Assembly: GCA_965204735.1 (NCBI GenBank)
Contig: OZ242008.1
Coordinates: 3,968,001-4,032,000, forward strand
Direction: 5' to 3'
Source of the DNA: Longimicrobiales bacterium
Lineage (GTDB): Bacteria; Gemmatimonadota; Gemmatimonadetes; Longimicrobiales; Gaopeijiaceae
Length of the DNA stretch: 64,000 bases
Positions 9,968 through 19,321 of the stretch are shown here, one piece after another. Numbering within the stretch: the stretch's first letter is position 1; the number at the start of each line of letters is the position of its first letter. The notes below the pieces were generated by a model. The model did not search any database. It saw only the letters and a program-made list of their open reading frames with translations, and was not told the origin of the DNA. A program made the position numbers and the translations under genes.

Positions 9968-11125
9968 CTACCACCCCCGCAGGACGTACCCGACGCCCAG
10001 GCCCAGGTACGTTCCAACCGCGTAGCCCAGGAGCCCCACGACCACCCCCGGCAGCACGAGGTGGCGCCACTCGCGGGAGACGGCCACGGCCAGGGCGCTG
10101 GACGGCCCGCCCACCGACGCTTGGGACGCCACGGCGATCGAGCCCATGTCCAGACGCAGCAGCTTGCCGACGCCGAAGACGAAGACCCCGTGCACTCCGA
10201 CCACGATCAGCGTGAAGAAGAGGACTTCGAGCCCGACGGCGGCGATCTCCGAGAAGCGCGAGAGGACGCCGATCAGCACGAAGAAGAAGTGAAGGCCCAC
10301 CGCGCCCAGCTGCATCGCGCCGGGCGCTTCCCGGAAGAGGGGAGTGTGGCCGAGAAGCAGCGCCAGCGTCGTCAGCCAGAGGATCGCCGGGACGCTGGGC
10401 ACGGCGCGGCCCAGCCCCTCCGAGGCGACCAGGAGGGCCAGGCCGGCGGCGAAGAGGCCGGCCGTTCGGGCAGCGGACACTCCCTCCGGAGCGAAGTAGG
10501 GGTGGTGCTGGTGGCGGTTCGCCGAGCCGCTGGGCGCGGGGGCCGACGCCATCGAGGCGGGCGGCGGCGGAGTCGTGGCGGGCCGGTAGAAGCGTCGGAG
10601 CCAGACCGGAAGCATGAGGGTGGCGGCGAGCCAGAGGCCGGTGACCACGTTGTCGGCTGCGGTCGCGCCGGCAAAGAGGGGACCCGAGAGCCCGACGGCC
10701 CGGCCCACCGAGATGAAGTTCACGGAGCCGCCGGAGTAGGTCCCGGTCATCGCGGCGGCCAAGCGCCAAGTGTCGTCGCCGAAGTGGGCTTGGTAGACGG
10801 CCGTCGCCGCGAACGCCCCGAGCGTCGTGCCCGCCACCGCGACCCCGAAGGCGCCGACCATCGGGAGCCCGGCCTTCTTGAGGTCGCCCAGGTTCACCGA
10901 CAGCAGGAGCCAGGCGATCGCCAGCGAGGTGACGGGACCGAGGACGGCGTCGTAGACGGGGGAGGAGGCGGGGACTGCGCCGGTGTTCGACAGGAGCGCG
11001 CCGAAGACGATCGCCAGCAGCGACGCGCCCACCTTCCCCAGCGCAGCGAAGCGCCAGTCCAGCCAGAACGCCAGGGCGGTGGCGGCGGCTATGACCGCGC
11101 ACAGCGCCAGGGGCGAGCGAATCAC
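9968..11125 (-). CDS. DUF819-family integral membrane protein
   Basis: About 10 TM helices; GTYSGGSVNF and ASQASVGGPSSA motifs; GTG start chosen at 11125. Confidence 0.85.
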   Translation of the reverse strand: MIRSPLALCAVIAAATALAFWLDWRFAALGKVGASLLAIVFGALLSNTGAVPASSPVYDAVLGPVTSLAIAWLLLSVNLGDLKKAGLPMVGAFGVAVAGTTLGAFAATAVYQAHFGDDTWRLAAAMTGTYSGGSVNFISVGRAVGLSGPLFAGATAADNVVTGLWLAATLMLPVWLRRFYRPATTPPPPASMASAPAPSGSANRHQHHPYFAPEGVSAARTAGLFAAGLALLVASEGLGRAVPSVPAILWLTTLALLLGHTPLFREAPGAMQLGAVGLHFFFVLIGVLSRFSEIAAVGLEVLFFTLIVVGVHGVFVFGVGKLLRLDMGSIAVASQASVGGPSSALAVAVSREWRHLVLPGVVVGLLGYAVGTYLGLGVGYVLRGW

Positions 11126-11141
11126 GCGGCGACGGCGGGGG

Positions 11142-12074
11142 TCACGGGGCGCCCGCCAAGTACTCGCGGGCCTCAACCAGCAGCGCCGCCAGGAGGTCCG
11201 GGTGGCCCTCCTCCATGCTGACGTACTCGGTCAGGCCCGTTTGGATTTCGGCGTCGTACGCGTCGACAAAGCTGCGGTAGTGAGACTCCGCCCGGGCCGA
11301 GTCGCCCAGCGCCAGCGCCGCTTGCGCCGCCGCCGAGAGGCACAGCAGGTGGGTGGGCCGAACCGCCAGCCCTTCCTCGGCCACCGCCAGCGCCTGGGCG
11401 GCGGCGCCCGCGGCGGCGTGAAGGAGGGAGAGGTGGAAGCGGTCGTCCAGCGTGAGAGGGCCGACCCGGTCGAAGGCGGCGACCGCCATGGGAAGGAACC
11501 GGTCGGCCTCGTTCTGGTTCCCCGCCTCCACGGCCGTCATGACCCGGTTGAAGAGCCGCAGCGCGGCCTCCCGTGGGGTCATGGAGGAGAGGTCCACGGC
11601 GGAGGTGGGCCCCAGCGGCGCGGGCGCGCTCGAGGGCGGGGACGCCGGCACTCCGTCGGTTGCGGGCTCTCCTGGGCCGCCGGCACGGAAAACCACGACC
11701 GCCGCGACCACGGCGAGCGCGCCCACGACGACGGCCGCGCCCGCTCTGGTCCCGCTTCGGCTCCAACCCGACGCCGGGGCGCCGAGAGGCGTCCGCGCGC
11801 GGGGAGGCTGGCCCTGGAGGGGCGCGCCGCCGGTCCCGACCTTGGCAGCGCCGCCGGCGGCGACGGGCAGCGACGCCCCGCACTGCGTGCAGAACCGGTC
11901 GGCGCCACCCGAGGCGGCGCCGCACGCCGGGCAAGGAGGCCCTTGGAGGGCCCCGCCGCACGCCGGGCAGAAGTTGGCGTCGGACGGCACGTCGCCGGAG
12001 CAGTGGGGACACGACGCCCGGCCGCTCTCCGGCAACGGCGTCCCTGCCGCCTCCGGCTCGGCCTCTCCCGTCAC
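11142..12074 (-). CDS. Double zinc-ribbon membrane protein with TPR-like C-terminal domain
   Basis: Four CxxC pairs (CPHC, CPAC, CPAC, CTQC), one TM helix, helical Ala-rich C-terminus; GTGA overlap with the upstream stop. Confidence 0.75.
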   Translation of the reverse strand: MTGEAEPEAAGTPLPESGRASCPHCSGDVPSDANFCPACGGALQGPPCPACGAASGGADRFCTQCGASLPVAAGGAAKVGTGGAPLQGQPPRARTPLGAPASGWSRSGTRAGAAVVVGALAVVAAVVVFRAGGPGEPATDGVPASPPSSAPAPLGPTSAVDLSSMTPREAALRLFNRVMTAVEAGNQNEADRFLPMAVAAFDRVGPLTLDDRFHLSLLHAAAGAAAQALAVAEEGLAVRPTHLLCLSAAAQAALALGDSARAESHYRSFVDAYDAEIQTGLTEYVSMEEGHPDLLAALLVEAREYLAGAP

Positions 12075-14383
12075 TCGGGCCCCCGACCCGCGAGCGCGTT
12101 GAAGAACAGGGGCCAAGTCACGATGCTTTGGCCCCGGTAGTTGGGCTGGAAGCCGAAGAGGACGACTTCGCCGTCGCCGATCCGCGCCCGCAGAAGCGCG
12201 GGCCGGCCCGCCAGCCGGTCGGGGCCCAGCACCCAGCCGGCGACCACGGGGTCGGCGCCGTACCGGCCCACCACTTCGACCCGTTCGTCTTCCACGGCGA
12301 AGGCCCGGCTGCTCCGCCAGTACCAGACGGGCGTGGAGCCGTCGTAGCCCGCGGACAGCGGGTCGTCCGCCAGTTCGACCCGCAGCAAAGAGCCCGGCAC
12401 GTAGAACTCGGTGTTCGGCAAGCCCGCAACGGGGTTCGTCACACCCAGTCCGAAGAGGTCCACGGCGAACTCCGCGGCCTCCTCCACCACCACCATCCGC
12501 CCACCGGCCTCCACGAACTCCCTCACGGCGTCGCTGCCGTCTTCGCCCAGGCCGCCGGTGTACTGCTCGGGCAACGATCCCGGGGGGTGTCCCATTCGGA
12601 TCGATGCCGCCGACTGGCTTTGGAAGAGCAGCACGTCGTAGTCGTCTTCAAGGCCGCCGGCGCGGATGCGGGCGTCGTGAAGGGTGTCGTAGCGCAGCTC
12701 GTGCTGATCAAGCATCCACCGGGTCCACCCTGCCGGCATCGTTTCCCGGTGTCCCTTGTACACGCCCACCCGAGGCGCATTCTCGCCCGAAAGGGTCGCC
12801 GGCAGCTCGTAGGCCACCACGGGCGCCGAGATCGGCTCGCCCAGCGCCACGTCCGGCGCGGCGTCGAGCGCGTGCGCCTCCACGCCCATGAGCAGGGGCA
12901 GGGCGTGGGCCGTGACGTCGTAGGGTCGCTTCGGCGGTCCCCCCGGGTACTCCCGCAGGTCCGGGTACTCCTGCTCGACCAGGAGAGTCTGCGCGAAGGA
13001 AGCCCACGGCTGCCGCATGAGCACCACGTGGGACCCGGCCGGGTACGACCTGCCGCCCGCCTCGAACGACGCCTCCGCCGGACGCACCTCCACGTCCCCC
13101 ATGGCCAGGATGCGCAGGACGCTCTCCAGCCCCACCCGGTTCCCCTGCTCGGCCGGGATCGCCCAGGCGGCGGGCCACTCGTCCCAGCCCTCCACCGCCC
13201 GCTGCGTCACCCGATGGAAGTTCTCCAGCCAGAAGCACCGGTTGCGCGCTACGTTGGAGAGCAGCGCCATCGCCCCGGCGAACTGGTACTCGACGATCTC
13301 GGGCAACCCCCATTCCCCCCCGCGCCACGGCCAGGGGAAGTTCCACGCGGCCTGGGCGGCGTCGTACTCCCGGCCGCCCCGGACCGTCTCGGCCGGCACG
13401 TCCACCGTCGTGGCCAAGCGCGCCGAAGCCGTCTCGCTGAGGATGCGCGCGCCCCCGTGATAGTGCATGTAGGCCCGCCCGGGGTGGAAGCCGTCAAAGA
13501 TGGCGTTGACGACCACTCCCTTCTTTCCTTGCGAAACGAGCTCCGCCGCCATCCAGGTCCCCAGCTGGTTCACGGCCGACACGAGCGCCGGGTCGACGTT
13601 CGGCTCCATCGGGTCGATGTAGGCCGGAAAGAACATCCGCGCGCCGCCGCCGCCCATCTGGTGGATGTCGTGGACGACCTGCGGGTGCCACTCGTTCTGG
13701 GCCCGCACCGTGTGCTGGGTCTCCTTCTGGTAGAAGGTGTACCAGTCCCGGTTGTTGTCGTGGCCCGTGTAGAAGTGGTAGAGCCACGGCGGCGGGCTCC
13801 CGTCGAAGGCCGTTCCCGCGTGCTCGTTGTAGAAGTCGTTGACCCACTGCGTGCCGTCGGGGTTGAGCGACGGGATCTGGAGCACGATCACGTTGTCCAG
13901 TATCTCCATCGTCTTCTCGTCGGTGGCGGACGCCAGCCGATGTGCCAGCTTCGCCGCCGACTGGCTGGTGCCGACTTCGGTCGAGTGGATGGCGTGTGTG
14001 ATCATCACCACCGTGCGGCCTTCCTCCAGCAAGGCCTCGAGCTCCGCTTCGCCCTCGGCCCCGTCGGCGTGCGTGCGGGGGTCGGCCAGCCGCAGCTGCA
14101 CCTCCTTGAGGCGGTCCAGGCGGCGGTGGTTCTCCGGGCTGGTGATCGTGAGCATGACGAAGGGCCGTCCCGCCGTGGAGAACCCGAGGGTGTCCACCGC
14201 GACCCGGTCCCCGGCGCGAGCCAAGGCTTCGTAGTACGCCGAGAGCTCGTCCCAGTTGGCCAACTTGCCGGCAGCGCCCATGGCGAAGCCGAAGTGGTCG
14301 GCGGGGGACGGGACTTGGGGGACTTGGCCTCCGCACGCCGCGACGGACGCGGTCCACGCGGCGACGAGCAGCGATGCGCGCAT
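12071..14383 (-). CDS. M14-family zinc carboxypeptidase lipoprotein with C-terminal GATase-like domain
   Basis: Lipobox VAAC; HSTE zinc ligands, NPDG, HDNNRDW, HDIHQM. Confidence 0.88.
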   Translation of the reverse strand: MRASLLVAAWTASVAACGGQVPQVPSPADHFGFAMGAAGKLANWDELSAYYEALARAGDRVAVDTLGFSTAGRPFVMLTITSPENHRRLDRLKEVQLRLADPRTHADGAEGEAELEALLEEGRTVVMITHAIHSTEVGTSQSAAKLAHRLASATDEKTMEILDNVIVLQIPSLNPDGTQWVNDFYNEHAGTAFDGSPPPWLYHFYTGHDNNRDWYTFYQKETQHTVRAQNEWHPQVVHDIHQMGGGGARMFFPAYIDPMEPNVDPALVSAVNQLGTWMAAELVSQGKKGVVVNAIFDGFHPGRAYMHYHGGARILSETASARLATTVDVPAETVRGGREYDAAQAAWNFPWPWRGGEWGLPEIVEYQFAGAMALLSNVARNRCFWLENFHRVTQRAVEGWDEWPAAWAIPAEQGNRVGLESVLRILAMGDVEVRPAEASFEAGGRSYPAGSHVVLMRQPWASFAQTLLVEQEYPDLREYPGGPPKRPYDVTAHALPLLMGVEAHALDAAPDVALGEPISAPVVAYELPATLSGENAPRVGVYKGHRETMPAGWTRWMLDQHELRYDTLHDARIRAGGLEDDYDVLLFQSQSAASIRMGHPPGSLPEQYTGGLGEDGSDAVREFVEAGGRMVVVEEAAEFAVDLFGLGVTNPVAGLPNTEFYVPGSLLRVELADDPLSAGYDGSTPVWYWRSSRAFAVEDERVEVVGRYGADPVVAGWVLGPDRLAGRPALLRARIGDGEVVLFGFQPNYRGQSIVTWPLFFNALAGRGPE

Positions 14384-14481
14384 TCGGCGCTTCTCCGTTT
14401 TTTGTGGGTGAAGGGGTATGGCCAGGGGCCGGCAGGCGCCTCCGCCGTGGCGGGCCGCCGTGGCCCACCGCACCGTCGTGT

Positions 14482-15243
14482 CTACAGGCCGGTAGGCAGC
14501 TCCGCGAACATCGTCTCGACACCGAACCTTTCCTGCAACTTCGCGGCCACGGCCTTGACGCCCCACGTCTCGGTAGCGTAATGGCCGCCCAGGAAGACCG
14601 TGACCCCCAGCTCGGCGGCCTCGATGGCGTGGTGGTGCTGGGCTTCGCCGGTCACGAGCGCGTCCAGCCCCTTGGCCGCCGCTTCGTCCAGCATCGACGC
14701 GCCGGCCCCGGTCACCACCGCCACGCGGGCGATCCTTTCCGGCCCCCCCGGCAGGACGCGCACGGGACCGTCCAGCACGGTCTCCATCTTTGCGGCGAGC
14801 GTCGCCACCGAAGCGCCGACCCGGCCCATCCAGCCCACCGCCGCCCCCTTGTACTCCCCGAACGGCGTCAGCTCCGCCAACCCCAGCGCGCGGGCCAGCA
14901 GGGCGCAGTTGCCGACCTCCGGGTGAGCGTCGAGCGGCAGGTGGACGCTGTACAGCGCGACACCCCCCTTGATCAGCGCTTCGACCTTGCGGAACCGCCG
15001 TCCCGTCAGCGGCCGCACCCCGTCCCAGAAGATGCCGTGGTGGACCAGAAGCAGCTCCGCCCGCCACGCCGCGGCCTCTCGGACTGCCGCTTCGCTGGCG
15101 TCCACCGCCGCCACGACCCGCCGGACCGGACCCGGTCCCTCGACCTGGAGCCCGTTGAGCGCGCCGGCGTAGTCGGGAACGCTGTCCACGTCCAAGTAGT
15201 CGTCCAGGTAGGCGACGACCTCCCGCAGGGGAACGGCTGCCAC
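14482..15243 (-). CDS. Nif3-like dinuclear metal center hexameric protein
   Basis: NGLQVEG, LLVHHG, HLPLDAHPEVGN, GHYATE. Confidence 0.93.
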   Translation of the reverse strand: MAAVPLREVVAYLDDYLDVDSVPDYAGALNGLQVEGPGPVRRVVAAVDASEAAVREAAAWRAELLLVHHGIFWDGVRPLTGRRFRKVEALIKGGVALYSVHLPLDAHPEVGNCALLARALGLAELTPFGEYKGAAVGWMGRVGASVATLAAKMETVLDGPVRVLPGGPERIARVAVVTGAGASMLDEAAAKGLDALVTGEAQHHHAIEAAELGVTVFLGGHYATETWGVKAVAAKLQERFGVETMFAELPTGL

Positions 15244-15261
15244 TTGCCGTCCGTTCCGTCC

Positions 15262-15708
15262 CTACTTTCGACCTCTGCGCTTCCGGTCCTGTTCGGCGAC
15301 CACCGGCGGGCCCGGGCTTCCCGACCCTTCCGGAGCCGCCGCCTCCTGGCTTCGGCCCACGGCCACGGTGCCGTTCAGGATTCCCCCTTCGTCCAGCTTC
15401 AGCCGCGCCGCCTGTATCTCGCCGTCGATCCTGCAGGTCGATTGGAGTTCCAGTCGAGAGTGGACGTGAACCGCTCCCGCGACGCTTCCCGCGATCACGG
15501 CGTCCTGGGTCAGCACGTCTCCGGTCACCCGTCCGTCCTTCCCGATCACCACTGCCTTGTCGGCGTGCACGGAGCCTTCCACGACGCCTTCGATCCGAAC
15601 CGTGTCCGTCGTCACGCAGTCGCCGACGACCTTCATGCCCTGTCCGATGATCGACATGACGTGCTCGGGGGCTGCTGGTACGTTGCGGGGGTTCTTTGCC
15701 TTTGCCAT
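15262..15708 (-). CDS. Bactofilin (polymer-forming cytoskeletal protein)
   Basis: Beta-helix pattern SIIGQGMKVVGD...RIEGVVEG...VIGKDGRVTGDV...IDGEI...GGILNG. Confidence 0.9.
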   Translation of the reverse strand: MAKAKNPRNVPAAPEHVMSIIGQGMKVVGDCVTTDTVRIEGVVEGSVHADKAVVIGKDGRVTGDVLTQDAVIAGSVAGAVHVHSRLELQSTCRIDGEIQAARLKLDEGGILNGTVAVGRSQEAAAPEGSGSPGPPVVAEQDRKRRGRK

Positions 15709-15760
15709 CGGGCTGTCGTGCCTCCTTTGGGGGAATCGATCCTCGGGTTTCTGCTTGGTC

Positions 15761-16543
15761 CTACGACGGCGGGGCGACCATCGCGCGGGGGTCGACCGGG
15801 TTGCCGTTCCTTGTGATTTCGAAGTGCAGGTGGGGCGCCGTGGAGTTGCCCGTGGAGCCGGACATGGCGATCACCTCTCCTCGCCGGACCACCGACCCGC
15901 GGGCCACGTGCAGCTCCGACGCGTGCCCGTACAGGCTGTGCAGTCCGTCGCCGTGGTCGAGCAGGACGAAAAAGCCGTAGTCCGGGTCCTCGGCGGCCTC
16001 CTTCACTTGTCCGGTGGCGGCGGCCAGGATGTAGGAACCGGTCTGCACCGCGATGTCGATCCCCGGGTGGTTCCGGTCGGCGCCCGCCACCAAGCCCTGC
16101 GTCAGGTATCCGGCAACCGTCAGCGGCCAAGACCACGAGTCGGGCTGCAGCGGAACCGCCACCGGCCGGCGCGCGCTTCCGTTGCCGTTTGGGCGGGCCA
16201 GCCACAGACCGACTCCGAAGGTGTCCGGGCGACCGACGAGGAGGTGGCGAGCCCTCTCCCACCGCTCTTCCAGCGATTCGATCTCGCGGGACAAGCTGTC
16301 GGCCCGCGCCAACTCCGCCGGTTGCGGCCGCCCGGGGAAAACGAGGTCGCTGGCTTGAGAAGCGCGCACGAACAGAGAGGTCCATGTCGCGGTCATCGCG
16401 ACGAAGGCCACAATCGCGACGACCGTGCTCCAGATCAGGAACCGCAACGCCCTGCGGGAGAGGGTGAACGTTCGCGACTCGCCCCCGCCCTCGGGCAGCA
16501 GGACGATCGAGAGCCCCCGGTCCAGCTTGACGCCCAGCGGCAT
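15761..16543 (-). CDS. Membrane-anchored M23 metallopeptidase
   Basis: N-terminal TM helix, short coiled coil, HPGID, YGH, STGNSTAPHLHFEI. Confidence 0.92.
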   Translation of the reverse strand: MPLGVKLDRGLSIVLLPEGGGESRTFTLSRRALRFLIWSTVVAIVAFVAMTATWTSLFVRASQASDLVFPGRPQPAELARADSLSREIESLEERWERARHLLVGRPDTFGVGLWLARPNGNGSARRPVAVPLQPDSWSWPLTVAGYLTQGLVAGADRNHPGIDIAVQTGSYILAAATGQVKEAAEDPDYGFFVLLDHGDGLHSLYGHASELHVARGSVVRRGEVIAMSGSTGNSTAPHLHFEITRNGNPVDPRAMVAPPS

Positions 16544-17458
16544 TCAGCCAACCACCTCGCCGGCGTCCTTGCCGGTGAGCGCCGCAAAGACGCGCTCCAG
16601 GTCCCGGGCGTCGTGGAAGTCGATCCGGATCGCGCCGCTGCCCTTGCCCTTCCACCTGATCGCCACCCGGGTCTGCAAGTGGCCGCAGAGGGCTTCTTCC
16701 AGGGCTCCAACGGCCGGATCCCGGCGAGCCTTCGACTTCGACGGGGCGGTGGTGTCCGGCGCAGCGGCGGGAGCGGCCAGGGTTCTGACCTCTTCCTCCG
16801 TCTCCCGGACGGACCAGGACTCCGCCACGGCCCGGCGCGCGACCTCCGCCGCTCGGACCGGGTCCTTGACCGCCAAGAGCGCGCGAGCGTGGCCCATGGA
16901 GAGGGCACCGTCTTCCAACAACCGCCGCACCGACGGAGGCAAGGTCAGCAGGCGGAGCATGTTGGCCACCGTGGACCTGTTCTTGCCCACCGCCTTGGCA
17001 ATCTTCTCCTGCGTGAAACCGAAGGTATCCCGAAGAGATTCGTAGCCTTGGGCTTCTTCCAGCGGGCCCAGCTCCTCCCTTTGCAGGTTCTCGACCAGCG
17101 CCAAGACGAGAAGCGTGTCGTCGTCCACTGTCCGCACCGACGCCGGCACCTCGGTCCAGCCGAGCTGCTTGACGGCCCGCAGCCTGCGTTCGCCGGCCAC
17201 GAGTTCGTAGGTTCGTCCGCTGGGCGTCTTCCGCACGACCACGGGCTGGAGCAGGCCGCAGCTCTCGATCGACGCCGCAAGCTCGTCCAGATCGCCCGGA
17301 CGGAACTCCTTTCGGGGCTGAAAGGGGTTGGGAACGATCGACCGGACAGGCAAGGCGGCATGTGGCCCGGCAGGTCCTTGGGCCGCGTCGGTGTCCTCGA
17401 TGGCGAACTCCCCGAGCAGCGCTCCCAGGCCTCGGCCCAGGCGGTCGGCCCCGCTCAT
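16544..17458 (-). CDS. parB: Chromosome partitioning protein ParB
   Basis: RLGRGLGALL, PNPFQPR, GERRLRA, LVENLQRE, HTH, GHARALL. Confidence 0.96.
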   Translation of the reverse strand: MSGADRLGRGLGALLGEFAIEDTDAAQGPAGPHAALPVRSIVPNPFQPRKEFRPGDLDELAASIESCGLLQPVVVRKTPSGRTYELVAGERRLRAVKQLGWTEVPASVRTVDDDTLLVLALVENLQREELGPLEEAQGYESLRDTFGFTQEKIAKAVGKNRSTVANMLRLLTLPPSVRRLLEDGALSMGHARALLAVKDPVRAAEVARRAVAESWSVRETEEEVRTLAAPAAAPDTTAPSKSKARRDPAVGALEEALCGHLQTRVAIRWKGKGSGAIRIDFHDARDLERVFAALTGKDAGEVVG

Positions 17459-18288
17459 GCGCCCGCTCCGGCCATTGCACCCGTCTCTGCATCGGCGCTC
17501 CCGGCCCCGGCGCTTCCTGCGCGCCCGCGTCTCGCCAGCAGCTCGTGAGCCAGCGCGGCGTAGCGGCGAGCGCCTATGGACGCCGGCTGGTACCCGGTCA
17601 GCGGGACTCCGAAGCTGGGCGCCTCGGCGATAGTGACATTTCGCGGGATGACGGTCGAGAACACCCGGTCGCCAAAGTACTTCGAGGCCTCGGCCGCTAC
17701 TTGGCGCGAGAGGTTGAGGCGCTGGTCGTACATCGTCAGCAGGACGCCTTCGACGGTCAGTCTCGGGTTCAGGTTGCGCTGGATCAGCCGGATGGCGTTC
17801 AGGAGCTGGGTCAACCCCTCCAGGGCGTAGTACTCGCACTGGATGGGGATCAGCACCGAGTCGGCGGCCACAAGGGTGTTGACCGTGAGCAGTCCAAGAG
17901 ACGGCGGACAATCGACCAGGACGTAGTCGTAGTCGGGCAAGACGGGCGCCAGCGTCTCGGAGAGGATTCGCTCTCTGTCGCGGACGCCCACAAGCTCGAT
18001 CTCCGCTCCGGCCAAGTCCCGGTTGGCAGGCACGACGTGCAGGCTGCCGTGCCCCGCGACTCCTCGGTGAACGGCGCGGAAGACAGGAAGCCCGCGGATC
18101 AAGACGTCGTAGATCGTCGGCCCCCGGTCCTTCGCAAGCCCCAGCCCGCTGGACGCGTTCCCCTGGGGGTCCATGTCCACGACCAGAACGCCAACGTCGT
18201 TGGCAGCCAGCGCCGCCCCCAGATTGACGGCCGTCGTCGTCTTCCCGACGCCGCCCTTCTGGTTCGCCAGGGCAATGACTTGGGTCAT
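17455..18288 (-). CDS. parA: Chromosome partitioning ATPase ParA/Soj
   Basis: ANQKGGVGKTT, DMDPQGNAS, DCPPSLG, QCEYYALEG. Confidence 0.96.
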   Translation of the reverse strand: MTQVIALANQKGGVGKTTTAVNLGAALAANDVGVLVVDMDPQGNASSGLGLAKDRGPTIYDVLIRGLPVFRAVHRGVAGHGSLHVVPANRDLAGAEIELVGVRDRERILSETLAPVLPDYDYVLVDCPPSLGLLTVNTLVAADSVLIPIQCEYYALEGLTQLLNAIRLIQRNLNPRLTVEGVLLTMYDQRLNLSRQVAAEASKYFGDRVFSTVIPRNVTIAEAPSFGVPLTGYQPASIGARRYAALAHELLARRGRAGSAGAGSADAETGAMAGAGA

Positions 18289-18477
18289 GTCGGCTCCGTT
18301 TCTGGGCAGGGGCTGGCCGGGATCTTGGGCGAACCGGCTATGGGGAGCAACGGGCGGGGGCCAACGGACAATGCGGGCCAGGAACGACCCGTCGGTGGAA
18401 CATAGCACGATTGGACCACTCGGCAGGACCCCCGTTGCTCGCTGTTTGCGGCACTCCCGCAGCTCCCTGGTACCACT

Positions 18478-18493
18478 TGTTCCACGTGGAACA
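18478..18493. promoter_or_regulatory. parS site
   Basis: Perfect palindrome TGTTCCACGTGGAACA just upstream of parA. Confidence 0.92.
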
Positions 18494-18576
18494 GCGGGGC
18501 CTTCCCGGCAAGCCGCGGTCCCTTCGTTCCGGCGTCGAAGCCTGCTGGTTGTTGAACGAGCCCTTTAGTGGCGACG

Positions 18577-18592
18577 TGTTTCACGTGGAACA
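18577..18592. promoter_or_regulatory. parS site
   Basis: TGTTTCACGTGGAACA matches the universal parS consensus. Confidence 0.92.
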
Positions 18593-18851
18593 GCGGCGCC
18601 TGCACCCTGCCGAGCTGGCCGTCATCGCTTGGCGTCCCACTGATTCGTGCGCCACAGCTGGACCCATTGCAGAACAGCCCGATCCCGCCGTCATCGCCAG
18701 AATCGTCTCCGGCGCGAACGGTGACATCAGCGAGCAGATGCCCGTCCCCACACCCTCGAACAGCGAGTCCGCCAGGTCCATGTCCACGGCGTCCAGGCAC
18801 CGGAGCAGGACCAGCCAGTAGCCAACCAGCCAGCCGACCAGACCATCGGCC

Positions 18852-19019
18852 TCACGAGGTCACCCACGCCCAAGTCGCCAGGGCCAGAATCCCGACCGCG
18901 ACGATGACTGGCACGGCGCACCACCACGCGGCCGCCCGAATCGACTCGAGCAGCTCCGTCTGCCGCACCAGCTCATCCCGCACGAAGTTGTCCATCAGGT
19001 CCTTGTCCTCATTGTCCAT
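18852..19019 (-). CDS. Small single-TM membrane protein (55 aa)
   Basis: MDNEDKDLMDNFVRDELVRQTELLESIRAAAWWCAVPVIVAVGILALATWAWVTS; GGAGG/GAGG ribosome-binding site upstream. Confidence 0.5.
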   Translation of the reverse strand: MDNEDKDLMDNFVRDELVRQTELLESIRAAAWWCAVPVIVAVGILALATWAWVTS

Positions 19020-19034
19020 CAGGTCCTCGTCCTC
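18988..19034. repeat. 24-bp-period tandem duplication covering RBS and ATG
   Basis: ttgtccatcaggtccttgtcctc followed by ttgtccatcaggtcctcgtcctc. Confidence 0.8.
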
Positions 19035-19321
19035 CAGTTGGATCGGGTGGTGACCGTCGCTGGGCCGGCGCGCGGTCGGCATGTTCCGTGGACGACCCTG
19101 CAAACGATATCTCACTCAGCCCAACCTCACCAAGAGCTGCTTCACCGCGCACCAGCACCGCGCACGCGATGAACCGGACCTTCTCGCGGGGTCGACTGTT
19201 CAGACCATCTGGACATTGAACCAACCTCCTGTTGGGGACCTCGGACACCCGTTCGGAGGACGACGACCGCCGGCGCCGTGGCCAAGCTCTGGCCGGGTGG
19301 AGCCCAGCAACGACAACCGTC

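Noticed and set aside
18478..18600. Two near-identical palindromes as a mini-CRISPR
   Set aside because: They match parS, there are only two copies, and no cas genes are present.
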